64,000 nt of DNA, taken from NCBI GenBank assembly GCA_039194325.1, contig JBCCWC010000009.1, positions 71,321 to 135,320 of the forward strand. The letters run 5' to 3'. Source of the stretch: Myxococcota bacterium (lineage in GTDB: Bacteria > Myxococcota_A > Polyangia > Nannocystales > Nannocystaceae). The notes beneath the pieces are model-generated. The model made no database searches. It saw nothing but the letters and a program-made list of their open reading frames with translations, and was not told where the DNA came from. Below are positions 42,494 to 52,032 of this stretch, piece after piece. Every line of letters starts with the position of its first letter. Position 1 is the first letter of the stretch. A program made the translations under genes and the position numbers.

Positions 42494-43392
42494 CTGCGGA
42501 ACTCCTCGAAGGACGTCCGAGCGACGCTCGACAGCAGCAACAAGAACTTCCTCATCTTGGGCGTGTCGGGCATGGCCACGGTCATGCAGAGCTCCCGACC
42601 GAGCAGGTGGGGCAGCACCGGAACTTCGTCACCTTGTCCTGGGAGCTGCCCGTCGGGCAAGCGCGCGATCCCTACGCCACGCAGCATGGTTCGCCGCAGC
42701 ATGGCGACATCGCAGGAGACCAGCGAGCTTTGCACGAACAAGCTCCCGCCGTCGCGCAGGGGCCATCGATCGGCCTCGGTGTCGGGAGGATCCCAGGACA
42801 ACAGGCAGTGCTCGTGCAGATCGTCGAGGCGCTCCACCGGCCCCCGACGCGCGAGGTAGTCGCGGCTGGCCAGGACACGCTCCTCGGTACGATGAACGAC
42901 CGCGCTGAGCCAGGGGCCATCCTTCGGTCGAGGCCCGATGTAGAAGGCGATGTCCGCCTGCTCGGGCAACGAAGCCATTGGATCGAGGGTGGGCAGCAGC
43001 TCCAGGCGCAGCCGGGGGAAGCGCTCGAGCCCGTGGCTGACGACAAAGGCGAGCAAGTCGGGGTGAGTCCCGCACGGCACGGCCACGCGATACTCCCCGG
43101 CGAGCCCTTCGCCCAACGGCATCGCCCCGCTCCGCATCCGTCCGAGCAGCGCCTCGCTGCGCCGGAGCAGGGCCTTGCCTTCGCGGGCCATGAGCTTCGC
43201 GGCAGGCGTCCACCTCAGCGTGCGCCCGCTCCCCTCGATGAGCGCCACCCCCACCTGCTCCTCGAGCTCCGCGATCCGCCGACGCAGCACCCTCGGCGTG
43301 TGACCGAGCGCCTTGCCAGCACGTGACAGACTGCCCATCTCCACCACCGCCACCAACGCCCGGAGCCTGTCGAGATCCATCGTCGATCCCAT
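42490..43392 (-). CDS. LysR family transcriptional regulator (CrgA-like)
   Basis: N-terminal HTH; ASRDYLARRGP..LDDLHEH; GVGIARLP. Confidence 0.88.
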   Translation of the reverse strand: MGSTMDLDRLRALVAVVEMGSLSRAGKALGHTPRVLRRRIAELEEQVGVALIEGSGRTLRWTPAAKLMAREGKALLRRSEALLGRMRSGAMPLGEGLAGEYRVAVPCGTHPDLLAFVVSHGLERFPRLRLELLPTLDPMASLPEQADIAFYIGPRPKDGPWLSAVVHRTEERVLASRDYLARRGPVERLDDLHEHCLLSWDPPDTEADRWPLRDGGSLFVQSSLVSCDVAMLRRTMLRGVGIARLPDGQLPGQGDEVPVLPHLLGRELCMTVAMPDTPKMRKFLLLLSSVARTSFEEFRR

Positions 43393-43501
43393 CGTACGTC
43401 AAGCGGCGCCGCAGAGCACGCGGACGCCGCTCGTCTCAGGGCTGGATCCGCTCCGCGATCGGCGTGGCGGAGACCACGTCGACCCCCGGCTCCTCCATCA
43501 G

Positions 43502-43942
43502 CTAGGACAGCCGCTCGGCCGGCCAGAAGCGGTCGTGCATCGCCGCCGAGCGCAGCAGGTAGGCCGAAAACACGACGTAGGTCACGTACTCGATCGTCAT
43601 CGGAATGAAGCGCGTCGGGCCTCCCCCAAACGCCCCGAAGTCTACGGTCTCGATGAAACAGATGGTGGCCAGCACGGCGTACATGGTCACGGTCGCGAAC
43701 GGTGTATGGCGCCACCTGAGGAGGTATCCACCGAGGAAGACCACCCCCGTCACCAGGATGGACGCGAAGTGTATGAACTGTGTGCCAGCCGGGAAGCCTG
43801 CGTCTTGCAGGCCGAACGCCGCCGCGGGAAAGAAGTACTCGACCAGGCCCAGCATGCCCCAGCCGGCCAAGATGGCCGAGATGAGCAAGAGCAGGTAGGG
43901 AATCGATCTGGCGATCGGGCTCATGGTCATGGTCATGGTCAT
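43502..43942 (-). CDS. small integral membrane protein (about 4 TM)
   Basis: four hydrophobic helices; ATGA coupling to the SDR gene. Confidence 0.7.
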   Translation of the reverse strand: MTMTMTMSPIARSIPYLLLLISAILAGWGMLGLVEYFFPAAAFGLQDAGFPAGTQFIHFASILVTGVVFLGGYLLRWRHTPFATVTMYAVLATICFIETVDFGAFGGGPTRFIPMTIEYVTYVVFSAYLLRSAAMHDRFWPAERLS

Positions 43943-44751
43943 GGTCTGGCCCGATCCTGTAGGGTTCGCACGTCGAACTCCGTGTCACCCTCGTAACGCG
44001 GCGCGTAGGTATCGTAGGCGCTGACGATCTCGTCGTGCCGGGCCTGGATGCGTACCTTGTTGTACGCATGAGATACGATGAAGAACTCCCGCTGCTTGAT
44101 CTGCTTCATCACCAGATCCGTGTACCGGTCGGTATCCATGCCCATCGCCATCGTCTCCGGATCACCTGCCTCGGAACGCACGAACCCCGGACAGATGAGG
44201 CCGACGTCGATGAAGTCCGGCACTTCTTCACGCAGCGCCTCGGTCAACCCGAGGACCGCGTGCTTCGATGCGACATAGGACGCACTCATCGGTAATGCCA
44301 CGAACAGCGCGTTCTCGGAGCCCACGTTGTAGATGGCGGCCGGAGTCCGTTGCGCGATGAACCGCTTCCCGAACACCGAGATACAGTGCCACACTCCGTA
44401 GAGGTTCACGTCGAAGATCCGGCGGACCTCATCGATCGGCGTCTCGATGGCTGCGCGTGGGGGATCGACGATCCCGGCGTTGTTGATGAGCACATCCACA
44501 TGTCCGAGTGCGCCCCAGGCAAAATCCGCCAGCGCCTCGACGTCGCCGTAGCGGGTGACGTCGCAGACGAGGTGCCTGGCGTTGACGCCGAGCGACGCCA
44601 GCTCGGCCTCGGCTTGCTGCAGGCGGTCCGCCCGAAGACCGCCGATGACGACGTTGGCGCCCTCCTTGCCGAACTGCTTCGCCAACGACAATCCGATCCC
44701 CGTCGCGCCGCCCGTAATGACCACGGTCTTGTCTGCAAACTCTCTCATCAT
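43939..44751 (-). CDS. short-chain dehydrogenase/reductase
   Basis: TGGATGIG, NNAG, YVASK. Confidence 0.92.
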   Translation of the reverse strand: MMREFADKTVVITGGATGIGLSLAKQFGKEGANVVIGGLRADRLQQAEAELASLGVNARHLVCDVTRYGDVEALADFAWGALGHVDVLINNAGIVDPPRAAIETPIDEVRRIFDVNLYGVWHCISVFGKRFIAQRTPAAIYNVGSENALFVALPMSASYVASKHAVLGLTEALREEVPDFIDVGLICPGFVRSEAGDPETMAMGMDTDRYTDLVMKQIKQREFFIVSHAYNKVRIQARHDEIVSAYDTYAPRYEGDTEFDVRTLQDRARP

Positions 44752-44795
44752 TCACCTCTCGTCGTGTCAGGGTTCTTCGGGGAATGTCGTCGATG

Positions 44796-45323
44796 TCATG
44801 TGAAGAGCGCCGCTTCATGGCCTGTGCGTTGCCCCTCCACTCGCTGCTTGAGCGCATGGTTGAACGCGGGATAGGAAGTGACCATCTCTCGCATGAACAA
44901 CCACCCAAACAGCAGGGATAGCAGTCCCCCTCGGACCTCATCGGACTGAACGAAGCGCGTGCGGCCGTCTGGCAGGGCCTCGACGCGGTAACGGTGCCGA
45001 TCGACGACCCCTGGCAGCATCGGATCACTCCATCCGAACTCCTGCCCCTCCTCGAAGTGAAGGGTGTGCTTGGGCTTGATCACGCTTCCCCTGAACCGAT
45101 ACTCGCACTCGACCGCCTGTCCGTGTCGGATCTCCCCGCGCATGCCCATCAGCGTCGGGCTCCACTCGCCCAGTCGGTCCCAGTCCGTCAGCACATGCCA
45201 CACAATTTCAGCGGGCGCATTGATGATGATCTCGGTGTGAATGCGACGATGGAACGGGCTTATGCGCTCCACGTGGGCTTCGGTAGCCGGTTCGGAGGAT
45301 TGGTTCGTTGACGTCGATTGCAT
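44796..45323 (-). CDS. SRPBCC/polyketide cyclase-like protein
   Basis: INAPAEIVWHVLTD..EWSP..GRTRFVQ..NHALKQRVE. Confidence 0.8.
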   Translation of the reverse strand: MQSTSTNQSSEPATEAHVERISPFHRRIHTEIIINAPAEIVWHVLTDWDRLGEWSPTLMGMRGEIRHGQAVECEYRFRGSVIKPKHTLHFEEGQEFGWSDPMLPGVVDRHRYRVEALPDGRTRFVQSDEVRGGLLSLLFGWLFMREMVTSYPAFNHALKQRVEGQRTGHEAALFT

Positions 45324-45391
45324 GATATACTCCAGCAGCGGGTCTCACCGCGCGCGGCAAGGACCCGGGGTTTCGGTTGAGACTCGAATGC

Positions 45392-46384
45392 TCAGTCGAC
45401 CGGTCTTGTAGCGTCGCGAACGGCCTGCGGGGTCATCCCCGTCCAGCTTCGAAATGCGGGATAGAGCGAGTTGGGATCGTCGTAGCCGATGAGGAAGGCG
45501 ATCTCGGCGGTCGTCAGCTGTGTCTTTGTCAGGTAGTGCCGAGCCAGACTCGCGCGGGTGTGATCCAGGACGTCGCGGTACGTGGTGTCCTCTTGCCCGA
45601 GGCGACGCTGGACGGTTCGGGCGCTCACGCCCAGGGCCCGGGCCACGTCGCCGATCTGACTGCGACCGCCGGGCAGCAGCTCGAACAGGGCCACGCTCAC
45701 TCGCTCGGTCATCCCGGTGCGCTCGTCGAGTTCCGCGAGCCGGTGGCGAAGCACCGGCTCGAACAACGACCACATGGACGTGTCGGTCGTCAGGAACACC
45801 CGGGTCGCGTCTTCCGCGCCAAACACCACCTCGTACCGGGGGCCGCGGCTGGTCGGCACCCCGAAGTAGGACTCGTAGCCGACCGGGTCTTGCGGGTCGG
45901 ACGGCATCATGACCCTCTTGGGGATCACGCGGTGCCGCGTCGCGTGGCGAGCGAGCTTCACCCACGCCACGAGCTCGCCGGCTCCCCACAGTCGGGGCGG
46001 CCGCGGCAGACCCACGACATGACACGAGACGGCCAGGCCCTGTGTGTCGTCGAGCTGCAGGCGGCACGGCCCCACGAGCCGCTTGTAGAGCTGGAGCCGG
46101 GTCGCGGCCTGATGGAGGTTCTCGGAGCAGAATGCCGCGAACACGGCCGGGTCGAACATGTCCAGCGTGAGCGATTGCCCCAGCTGCAGCGCGAGGTCGG
46201 GCTCGCCCACTTCGTCCTCGAGTGCCCCCCAAAGCGAGGCCCAACCCTTGACGTCGACCATCACGGGGTCGGACGCGAACAAGTTGGCCGGCAGGCCGGC
46301 GCGGCGCGCCAGCGACTCGGCGGACAGGCCGTGGTCATGCAGGAGCACCCGCCATAAAGGCTCGATTCGGAACGGTAGGGACAT
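45392..46384 (-). CDS. AraC family transcriptional regulator
   Basis: VARALGVSARTVQRRL..EIAFLIGYDDPNSLYPAFRSWTGMTP. Confidence 0.9.
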   Translation of the reverse strand: MSLPFRIEPLWRVLLHDHGLSAESLARRAGLPANLFASDPVMVDVKGWASLWGALEDEVGEPDLALQLGQSLTLDMFDPAVFAAFCSENLHQAATRLQLYKRLVGPCRLQLDDTQGLAVSCHVVGLPRPPRLWGAGELVAWVKLARHATRHRVIPKRVMMPSDPQDPVGYESYFGVPTSRGPRYEVVFGAEDATRVFLTTDTSMWSLFEPVLRHRLAELDERTGMTERVSVALFELLPGGRSQIGDVARALGVSARTVQRRLGQEDTTYRDVLDHTRASLARHYLTKTQLTTAEIAFLIGYDDPNSLYPAFRSWTGMTPQAVRDATRPVD

Positions 46385-46632
46385 CGGGAGCCGCTCGTAT
46401 CAGTCGATTCCATTGTATTCGACCGCGTTCCTGCCGTGCACTTGGCAAGCACGCCAAAGTCGTTGGCGATCGCGCCACCTCCCTGTGCCGCGACCCCCAT
46501 GGCCTCGAGCCTGCCGTGGACTCGCGTCATTCGCGCACGTGCGGAATCGTTCGCGGAGCATCCCGTCGAGCGATCCTGGCCAGGTCTTGGCCATAGAGGG
46601 TGGCTCCTTTGCTGTATTTTTCTGTCGCACTT

Positions 46633-46652
46633 ATAGTTGTATATACAACTAT
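46633..46652. promoter_or_regulatory. 20-bp perfect palindrome ATAGTTGTATATACAACTAT, candidate MarR operator
   Basis: read directly; the 14-bp core recurs at 47205-47218. Confidence 0.75.
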
Positions 46653-46726
46653 GCGTCGACACAAGAACGGCTAGACAGGTGAACGGTCGAAGAAGAACTC
46701 GGAGGGTCGAGCGTCGCCCGGGCGGG

Positions 46727-47182
46727 CTAGGACGAGGGCAGGCCCACCGGCAGCCCGTGGAGGTCGCGGGTGATCGCCTTGCCCAGGACCGCGGCGGCCT
46801 CGGACTGCGCCTGCTCCCACGCCGGCAGCACCTGGTCGAGCAGCCGCTGCCCCGCGCGGGTGGGCCGTAGCTGCTGGCTGCGCCCGTCGTCGTCCACCCC
46901 GACCTCGACCCAGCCTCGCTCGACCATGCGTCGCACGTTGCGGCTCATCGTGGACTTGTCCATGCGAAGGTGCTCGGCCAGCTCACCCGGCCGCACCGGA
47001 GCGGCGAGCACGATCCCGACCAAGAGGTTGAGCTGGGCCCCTCCCAGACCGAAGGGTCGCAGCGCGTCGTCGTAGATCCGCCCGACCACCCGGTGCACGA
47101 AGCGAGTGCGCAGGCCCAGGCACTCCCGCGCGATCTTGTCGGCGGCCTGATGGCCCCTTGGGTGTCTCGCGTCCTGCTTCAT
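46727..47182 (-). CDS. MarR family transcriptional regulator
   Basis: CLGLRTR..YDDALRPFGL..LAEHLRMDKSTMSRNV..DGRS..TRAG; start MKQDARH. Confidence 0.9.
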   Translation of the reverse strand: MKQDARHPRGHQAADKIARECLGLRTRFVHRVVGRIYDDALRPFGLGGAQLNLLVGIVLAAPVRPGELAEHLRMDKSTMSRNVRRMVERGWVEVGVDDDGRSQQLRPTRAGQRLLDQVLPAWEQAQSEAAAVLGKAITRDLHGLPVGLPSS

Positions 47183-47204
47183 GGCTCTGGCTGTCGGCCT
47201 CTCA

Positions 47205-47218
47205 GTTGTATATACAAC
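47205..47218. promoter_or_regulatory. palindrome GTTGTATATACAAC upstream of marR, candidate autoregulatory operator
   Basis: 22 bp upstream of the marR ATG; identical core to 46636-46649. Confidence 0.75.
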
Positions 47219-47730
47219 AGACACTCTGACCATGCCATTGCCTAAGTTGCACTCGGGCTCGATTTCGGCTCACGTCGCGATAGCCGGGGCTCAATGCGTG
47301 GGCTCAGTGACACCGATGGCACCTCGTGTGGCAGATTCGTGCGACTTGGCGAGCTGCCAACGCCACCGAGACCGGTGCCAGCAGGCCACACGGTAGTTTT
47401 CCTCGCCGGCCTTTCAATTTTCATCCCGGAAATTTCCCGACTGCGGTGTCCAAGTAGGTGAAGGTAAGGCCGCCCGGCATCCGAAGTCGCCAACTACCCC
47501 CAATGCCGCTCTGAAACCCCATCAACGGCTATATAGCTGTAAAGCGACCCCTGCGCCCCACCAAACGAATTGGGAGACGGATGCAGGTTTATGTGAGACA
47601 CTGACTTACGAGGGTGGAGGCGATCGTGGCCGCAGCTCCTTTCGAGGGGGGGCTCCGGCACTGCTGTACGCGTGGGAATCCACGGGTACGGCCTATTGCT
47701 CATGCTCTCACCTCGGTACGGAGAACACGC

Positions 47731-48960
47731 GTGCGTATTCGATCCTCTTTCGCGCTCTGCGCGAGCCTGGCCCTGGGACTCGTTGCCTGCGACGACGACC
47801 AGGGGCGCCCGGGACTCGACGCTCTGGATGAACCCCAACCCAACCCCGACGGCTCAACCCCGGCGGGCGACGGCGACCCCGACACGCCCGACCCCGAGAC
47901 CCCCGAGGTCCCGACCGACGACGAGCCGCTCACCCCCACGCAGGTGCAGGCCTATATGTCTCGCATCGCGCCGGTCGTGGCCGGCCGCTCGCTGAGCTTC
48001 GACGAGTCCGAGCAGCTCGGGCAGCAGGGGACCGACGCGATCGAGCCCATGCTGACCCAGTGGGTCGCCGAGCCCGGCTTCGCCGAGGCGATCCGCTACC
48101 TGGTGCAGGAGCAGCTCAACGCCAGCGGCGAGCGCGAGGGCGTGGACTACGAGCTGCCCGGCAACCTCGCCGCCGAGATCGCCCGCGAGGACCTGCCCTG
48201 GTCCACGATCCTCACCGCCGACTACTGCGTCGACGGCCAAGGCCAGCACATCGAGTGCGACACGGGCTCGCCCTACGCCGCGGGCGTGCTCGCGACCCGA
48301 GCCTACCTCATCGCCAACAAGGGCCGCTTCAACCTCGGGCGCGCCAAGCTGATGCTCGAGACCTTCGCCTGCCGGATCTACCCGATGGAGGTCGACATCC
48401 AGATCCCGCTCAACAAGACCCGGCTGATCCCCATGTTCCAGGCCAACAGCGCGGACGAACAGACGGTCGAGGAGGCCGAGGGCGGGTTTGGCAACGGCGC
48501 CGGCTGCTATTCCTGCCACAGCCAGTTCGGGGCCCACGCCCAGCTCTTCGTCAAGTTCGACGCGGAGGGCTTGTGGCGCGACGAGGCCACCGGGCAGCAA
48601 GATCCCTACAACGAGCTCGGTCGCTCCTTCGACGGCCTCTACACCTCGCACATGATCGACCCCTACGCCGCCGCCGAGGAGAACTCGCAGGTGTTCGGGC
48701 AAGACGTGGCCAACCTGCGCGAGGCGGGCGAGGTCATCGCCGACAACGAGCTGTTCGGCCAGTGCACCGTCAAGAACCTGGTGGCCCACGCCTTCGATCT
48801 GAAGGCAGGGCACTCCGAGGACATCAGTAAGGAGCTAGTAGAGAGCCTGGCCGAGCAGATCACCACCGCTCAGTCCGATCCCAGCATTGGCGACTTTGTC
48901 GTCGAGATCTTCACCGACGAGCGGGTCATCCGCGCGGCCGTTTCGACCCTCTCCCCCTGA
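47731..48960 (+). CDS. lipoprotein with CxxCH motif, DUF1592/DUF1588/DUF1585-like
   Basis: GGAG RBS + GTG; LVAC lipobox; ILTADY, AGVLAT, CYSCH. Confidence 0.7.
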   Translation: MRIRSSFALCASLALGLVACDDDQGRPGLDALDEPQPNPDGSTPAGDGDPDTPDPETPEVPTDDEPLTPTQVQAYMSRIAPVVAGRSLSFDESEQLGQQGTDAIEPMLTQWVAEPGFAEAIRYLVQEQLNASGEREGVDYELPGNLAAEIAREDLPWSTILTADYCVDGQGQHIECDTGSPYAAGVLATRAYLIANKGRFNLGRAKLMLETFACRIYPMEVDIQIPLNKTRLIPMFQANSADEQTVEEAEGGFGNGAGCYSCHSQFGAHAQLFVKFDAEGLWRDEATGQQDPYNELGRSFDGLYTSHMIDPYAAAEENSQVFGQDVANLREAGEVIADNELFGQCTVKNLVAHAFDLKAGHSEDISKELVESLAEQITTAQSDPSIGDFVVEIFTDERVIRAAVSTLSP

Positions 48961-48984
48961 ATCGAGCCTGAAGGGAGCACCATC

Positions 48985-50523
48985 ATGGGTAGACCTCACA
49001 TCGAGTCCATTCACCCCTGTCGCCGTCGCGGCTTCCTCAAGCTGGCCGGCGCCATGCTAGCCGCCCCGGCCGTCCCCGCCGCCGTACGCTTTGCCGTCCA
49101 CGAGCAGCTGGTCGGCGAGGCCGAGGCCTTCGGCATCGAGGACGACCAGCCCACCTACTTCGTGGAGATCAACCTCCGCGACCAGTGGGACTTCATGCAC
49201 GTGTTCGTCCCCCCGGGCCTGGCCACCCACACCGGCCTCGTCCGCGGCGGGTCGGGCACCATGTGCACCCTGTTCCACGACCCCTCGACGCTGGCCTATC
49301 ACCCCGAGACCAACTTCTACACCACGCCCGACTCGGCCGCCCTGGTCCCGCACCTGGACCAGATCGCGATGATGGAGCTGTCGGAGATCTGCACGGGGGC
49401 GATCCACGGTCACGAGGCGGTCAACGCCACCCGCTCCCCCGGTCGCACCAAGCAGATGACGCCGGGCAAGGCCGCGGTGTGGGAGAACGAGCCGGGCTAC
49501 GGCGAGCAGGGCAACGACTACTACTACTCGTCCACCCCCACCCCGGCCTGCCTGCACAACTACTGGCAAAAGCAGCTCGACTCCAACCTGCGCAACGGGA
49601 TCACCCTCAAGTACATCAGCCGCTTCCACAGCGTCTGCCACTACGGGGCGGGCCTGGCCGACGCCGAGCTGACCCGGATCCAGTCGGTCGATCAGCTGTT
49701 CCAGAACTTCCCCGACACGGTGGAGGATCTCAACGTCTTACCCACCCCCCAGGAGGCCCAGCTGCTCTCGGACGTGATGAACCGGGTCGACGCCCGCTTC
49801 TTCGAGCGCTACGGCTACTCGCAGATGGCTCGCACCCGCCACGCCACCAACCTCGGCGAGGCGGCGGGCCTTTGGCACACCGGCGAGGTCAAGATCGTCA
49901 GCATGCCGCTGACCGAAGAAGAGCGGGCCTACTGGAGCGCCGACGTGCCCGACCAGGTGGGGGACAACAAGAAGGCCAATATCTGGGAGCAGGCCGCCTG
50001 GGCCTACAAGCTGCTCTCCAACGACGTCACCCGCACCGTCTCGCTGGAGTTCGACTACCTCGACGTGCACGACACCCGCGGCGAGAACGTGATGACCACC
50101 ATGGGCCGGCAGTGCGCCCTGCCCCTGGCCCGGCTCATCGAGAGCTTCAAGGCGGCGGGGATCTGGGACCGCACCACGATCGCGGTGTTCAGCACCGACG
50201 GCGGCCGGGCCCCCTCGGCCAACTCCTACGGCAACAGCGGCAAGAACACCCTGCTGCTGGCCGGGGGCAACGTGGCGGGCGGCTACTACGGCGACGTGGG
50301 CGTCGCCGGCAACTCGGGCAGCGGCCACAGCTACAACTATCATGTGCCCGACCCGGTGACCGGCATCCCCCAGGCCCCGGTCACCAACAACAGCAACCGA
50401 CTCAACGGCGCCTATGCCTGGCGCACCGTGATGAAGTCACTGCGGATCCCCGACGAAGTGGTGGGTCAGTACCCCGACGTCGCCGACTACCACCCGCTGG
50501 ACTTCATGCTCCGCGACGCGTGA
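48985..50523 (+). CDS. Tat-exported DUF1501-like protein
   Basis: RRRGFLK Tat motif; LDVH, IWDRTTIAVFSTDGGR, LLAGGNVAGG. Confidence 0.75.
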   Translation: MGRPHIESIHPCRRRGFLKLAGAMLAAPAVPAAVRFAVHEQLVGEAEAFGIEDDQPTYFVEINLRDQWDFMHVFVPPGLATHTGLVRGGSGTMCTLFHDPSTLAYHPETNFYTTPDSAALVPHLDQIAMMELSEICTGAIHGHEAVNATRSPGRTKQMTPGKAAVWENEPGYGEQGNDYYYSSTPTPACLHNYWQKQLDSNLRNGITLKYISRFHSVCHYGAGLADAELTRIQSVDQLFQNFPDTVEDLNVLPTPQEAQLLSDVMNRVDARFFERYGYSQMARTRHATNLGEAAGLWHTGEVKIVSMPLTEEERAYWSADVPDQVGDNKKANIWEQAAWAYKLLSNDVTRTVSLEFDYLDVHDTRGENVMTTMGRQCALPLARLIESFKAAGIWDRTTIAVFSTDGGRAPSANSYGNSGKNTLLLAGGNVAGGYYGDVGVAGNSGSGHSYNYHVPDPVTGIPQAPVTNNSNRLNGAYAWRTVMKSLRIPDEVVGQYPDVADYHPLDFMLRDA

Positions 50524-50542
50524 TCAAAAGGAGGACGAGACG

Positions 50543-51199
50543 ATGACCAACGACCAATCGACCTTCTGCCGATCGAACTTCTGCCGATCGAACTTCTGGA
50601 TGCTCACCGGCGTGCTGACGCTCGGGCTCGGCTCGGGCTGCTACACCGGCCTATCCGATTCCCCCGAGGCCGCCGACGGGGCCGACGCCGAAACCCCGGG
50701 CGGCGATGACGCCGGAGCACCGGGCGCCGACGATGGCACGAACCCCGGAGGCCCCGGTGCCGAGGACCCCGACAGCCCCTTCACCCTGCCCAAGGACGAA
50801 GCGCGGCTTTTGCCCTTCCCCGTGCGCATGCAGAATCTCGCCCGACTCACCGGGCAAACGCTCGATCACCCGATCTTCCTGGAACTGTGGGACTTGCGGT
50901 ACCAACTCGGAGACCACGACTTCGCCTCGGGCGTCGCCCCGGATCTGCGCTGGTCGGCCGAGAAGATGCAGAACTGGGTCCGCGGGCTCAAGCCCGTGTG
51001 CGCCTCGGCGACCATGCAGACGGCGTTCCCCGATCTGCTGACCGACCCACGACCGATGATGCGGCAGGCCTGGGGACACGAACCCACCGACGACGAGGTC
51101 GCGGCCCTCGGCGATCTCGACGCCGAGGTACTGCCCGAGGAGCAATACACGGTCACGTGTATTGCAATCTTGACCGCCCTGGACTTTGTTTCGGTCTAG
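50543..51199 (+). CDS. lipoprotein resembling DUF1587/DUF1595 segments
   Basis: AGGAGG RBS; LGSGC lipobox; RQAWGHEPTDDEV..AILTALDF. Confidence 0.65.
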   Translation: MTNDQSTFCRSNFCRSNFWMLTGVLTLGLGSGCYTGLSDSPEAADGADAETPGGDDAGAPGADDGTNPGGPGAEDPDSPFTLPKDEARLLPFPVRMQNLARLTGQTLDHPIFLELWDLRYQLGDHDFASGVAPDLRWSAEKMQNWVRGLKPVCASATMQTAFPDLLTDPRPMMRQAWGHEPTDDEVAALGDLDAEVLPEEQYTVTCIAILTALDFVSV

Positions 51200-51265
51200 G
51201 GTTTCGGTCTAGCGTTCCGGTCTAGCGTTTCGGGTGTAGGTCCTCACAACCCAACACCCCGGTTC

Positions 51266-51287
51266 AGGGCCCAAACTGGGCCCTTTG
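51266..51287 (+). terminator. possible terminator hairpin AGGGCCCA-AAC-TGGGCCCT
   Basis: 8-bp stem after the operon end; U-tract is weak. Confidence 0.35.
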
Positions 51288-51498
51288 AGCCGTTCGAACC
51301 GGGTGCGCATGGGGCGGACTCGGTTGAAGAGATCCCGGGATCTCATCCCATTTGGGGATCTCTTCGTCGATTTCACCCCAAAAACGCAAGTTTTTTGACA
51401 ATCGTCACCACATGGTGCTCGCCGCTCGATCTCAGCGGGTCATGCTGAATACGCGGGACCATCGCACTCACGGCCGGTCCCGCAGGGAGACAGCGACG

Positions 51499-51714
51499 AT
51501 GGAACCCATGCTCGACGAACAAGCCGAAGCCTTACTCCACGCGGCAGAGCGGAGCCTCTTCGACGCCACCGTCCGCCTCGAGCAGGCGCTCGCAGCGCTA
51601 GGCCGGAAGCCGGGGGTCGACGCCAAGCCGACCCTCGAGCAGGCGCAGCTGTGGTCCAGCCTGATCCAGGCTGGCCTGCACAAGCTCGACCAACGCGTCA
51701 AGCAGGCTGCCTGA
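51499..51714 (+). CDS. small hypothetical helical protein
   Basis: GGGAG RBS and ATG; amphipathic helices. Confidence 0.55.
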   Translation: MEPMLDEQAEALLHAAERSLFDATVRLEQALAALGRKPGVDAKPTLEQAQLWSSLIQAGLHKLDQRVKQAA

Positions 51715-52032
51715 GCCCTCGCCCCCACGCCCCCACGCCCCACGCCCCTGCGGCGTACGAGGCCCGACTGCCCTGATCATCGATCACAGTCGAGCCCGAG
51801 GCTCTTGTTCCGACTCGCATCAACCATCTCCCGCTGAATCGAGGCCATCACGGCCCACCGACGAGGCCGGATCCGCTGGATCCGGCCTTGCGTCTTTAAG
51901 GACGAACACCCACGCCCGACCCGAGCGGGGCCCGATGCTCCGAGCCCCGAGTTGACCGCTCGATCGATCGGTCAACTCCCGGTCGTGGCATGCTGGTCCT
52001 ACCCGCTTCCTCCCTCGATGGTCGACGATTGA

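Noticed and set aside
47230..47730. Riboswitch or ncRNA in the long intergenic region
   Set aside because: No recognisable family motif by eye; needs an Rfam search
51395..51400. sigma70 promoter from TTGACA
   Set aside because: No plausible -10 hexamer at 16-18 bp spacing
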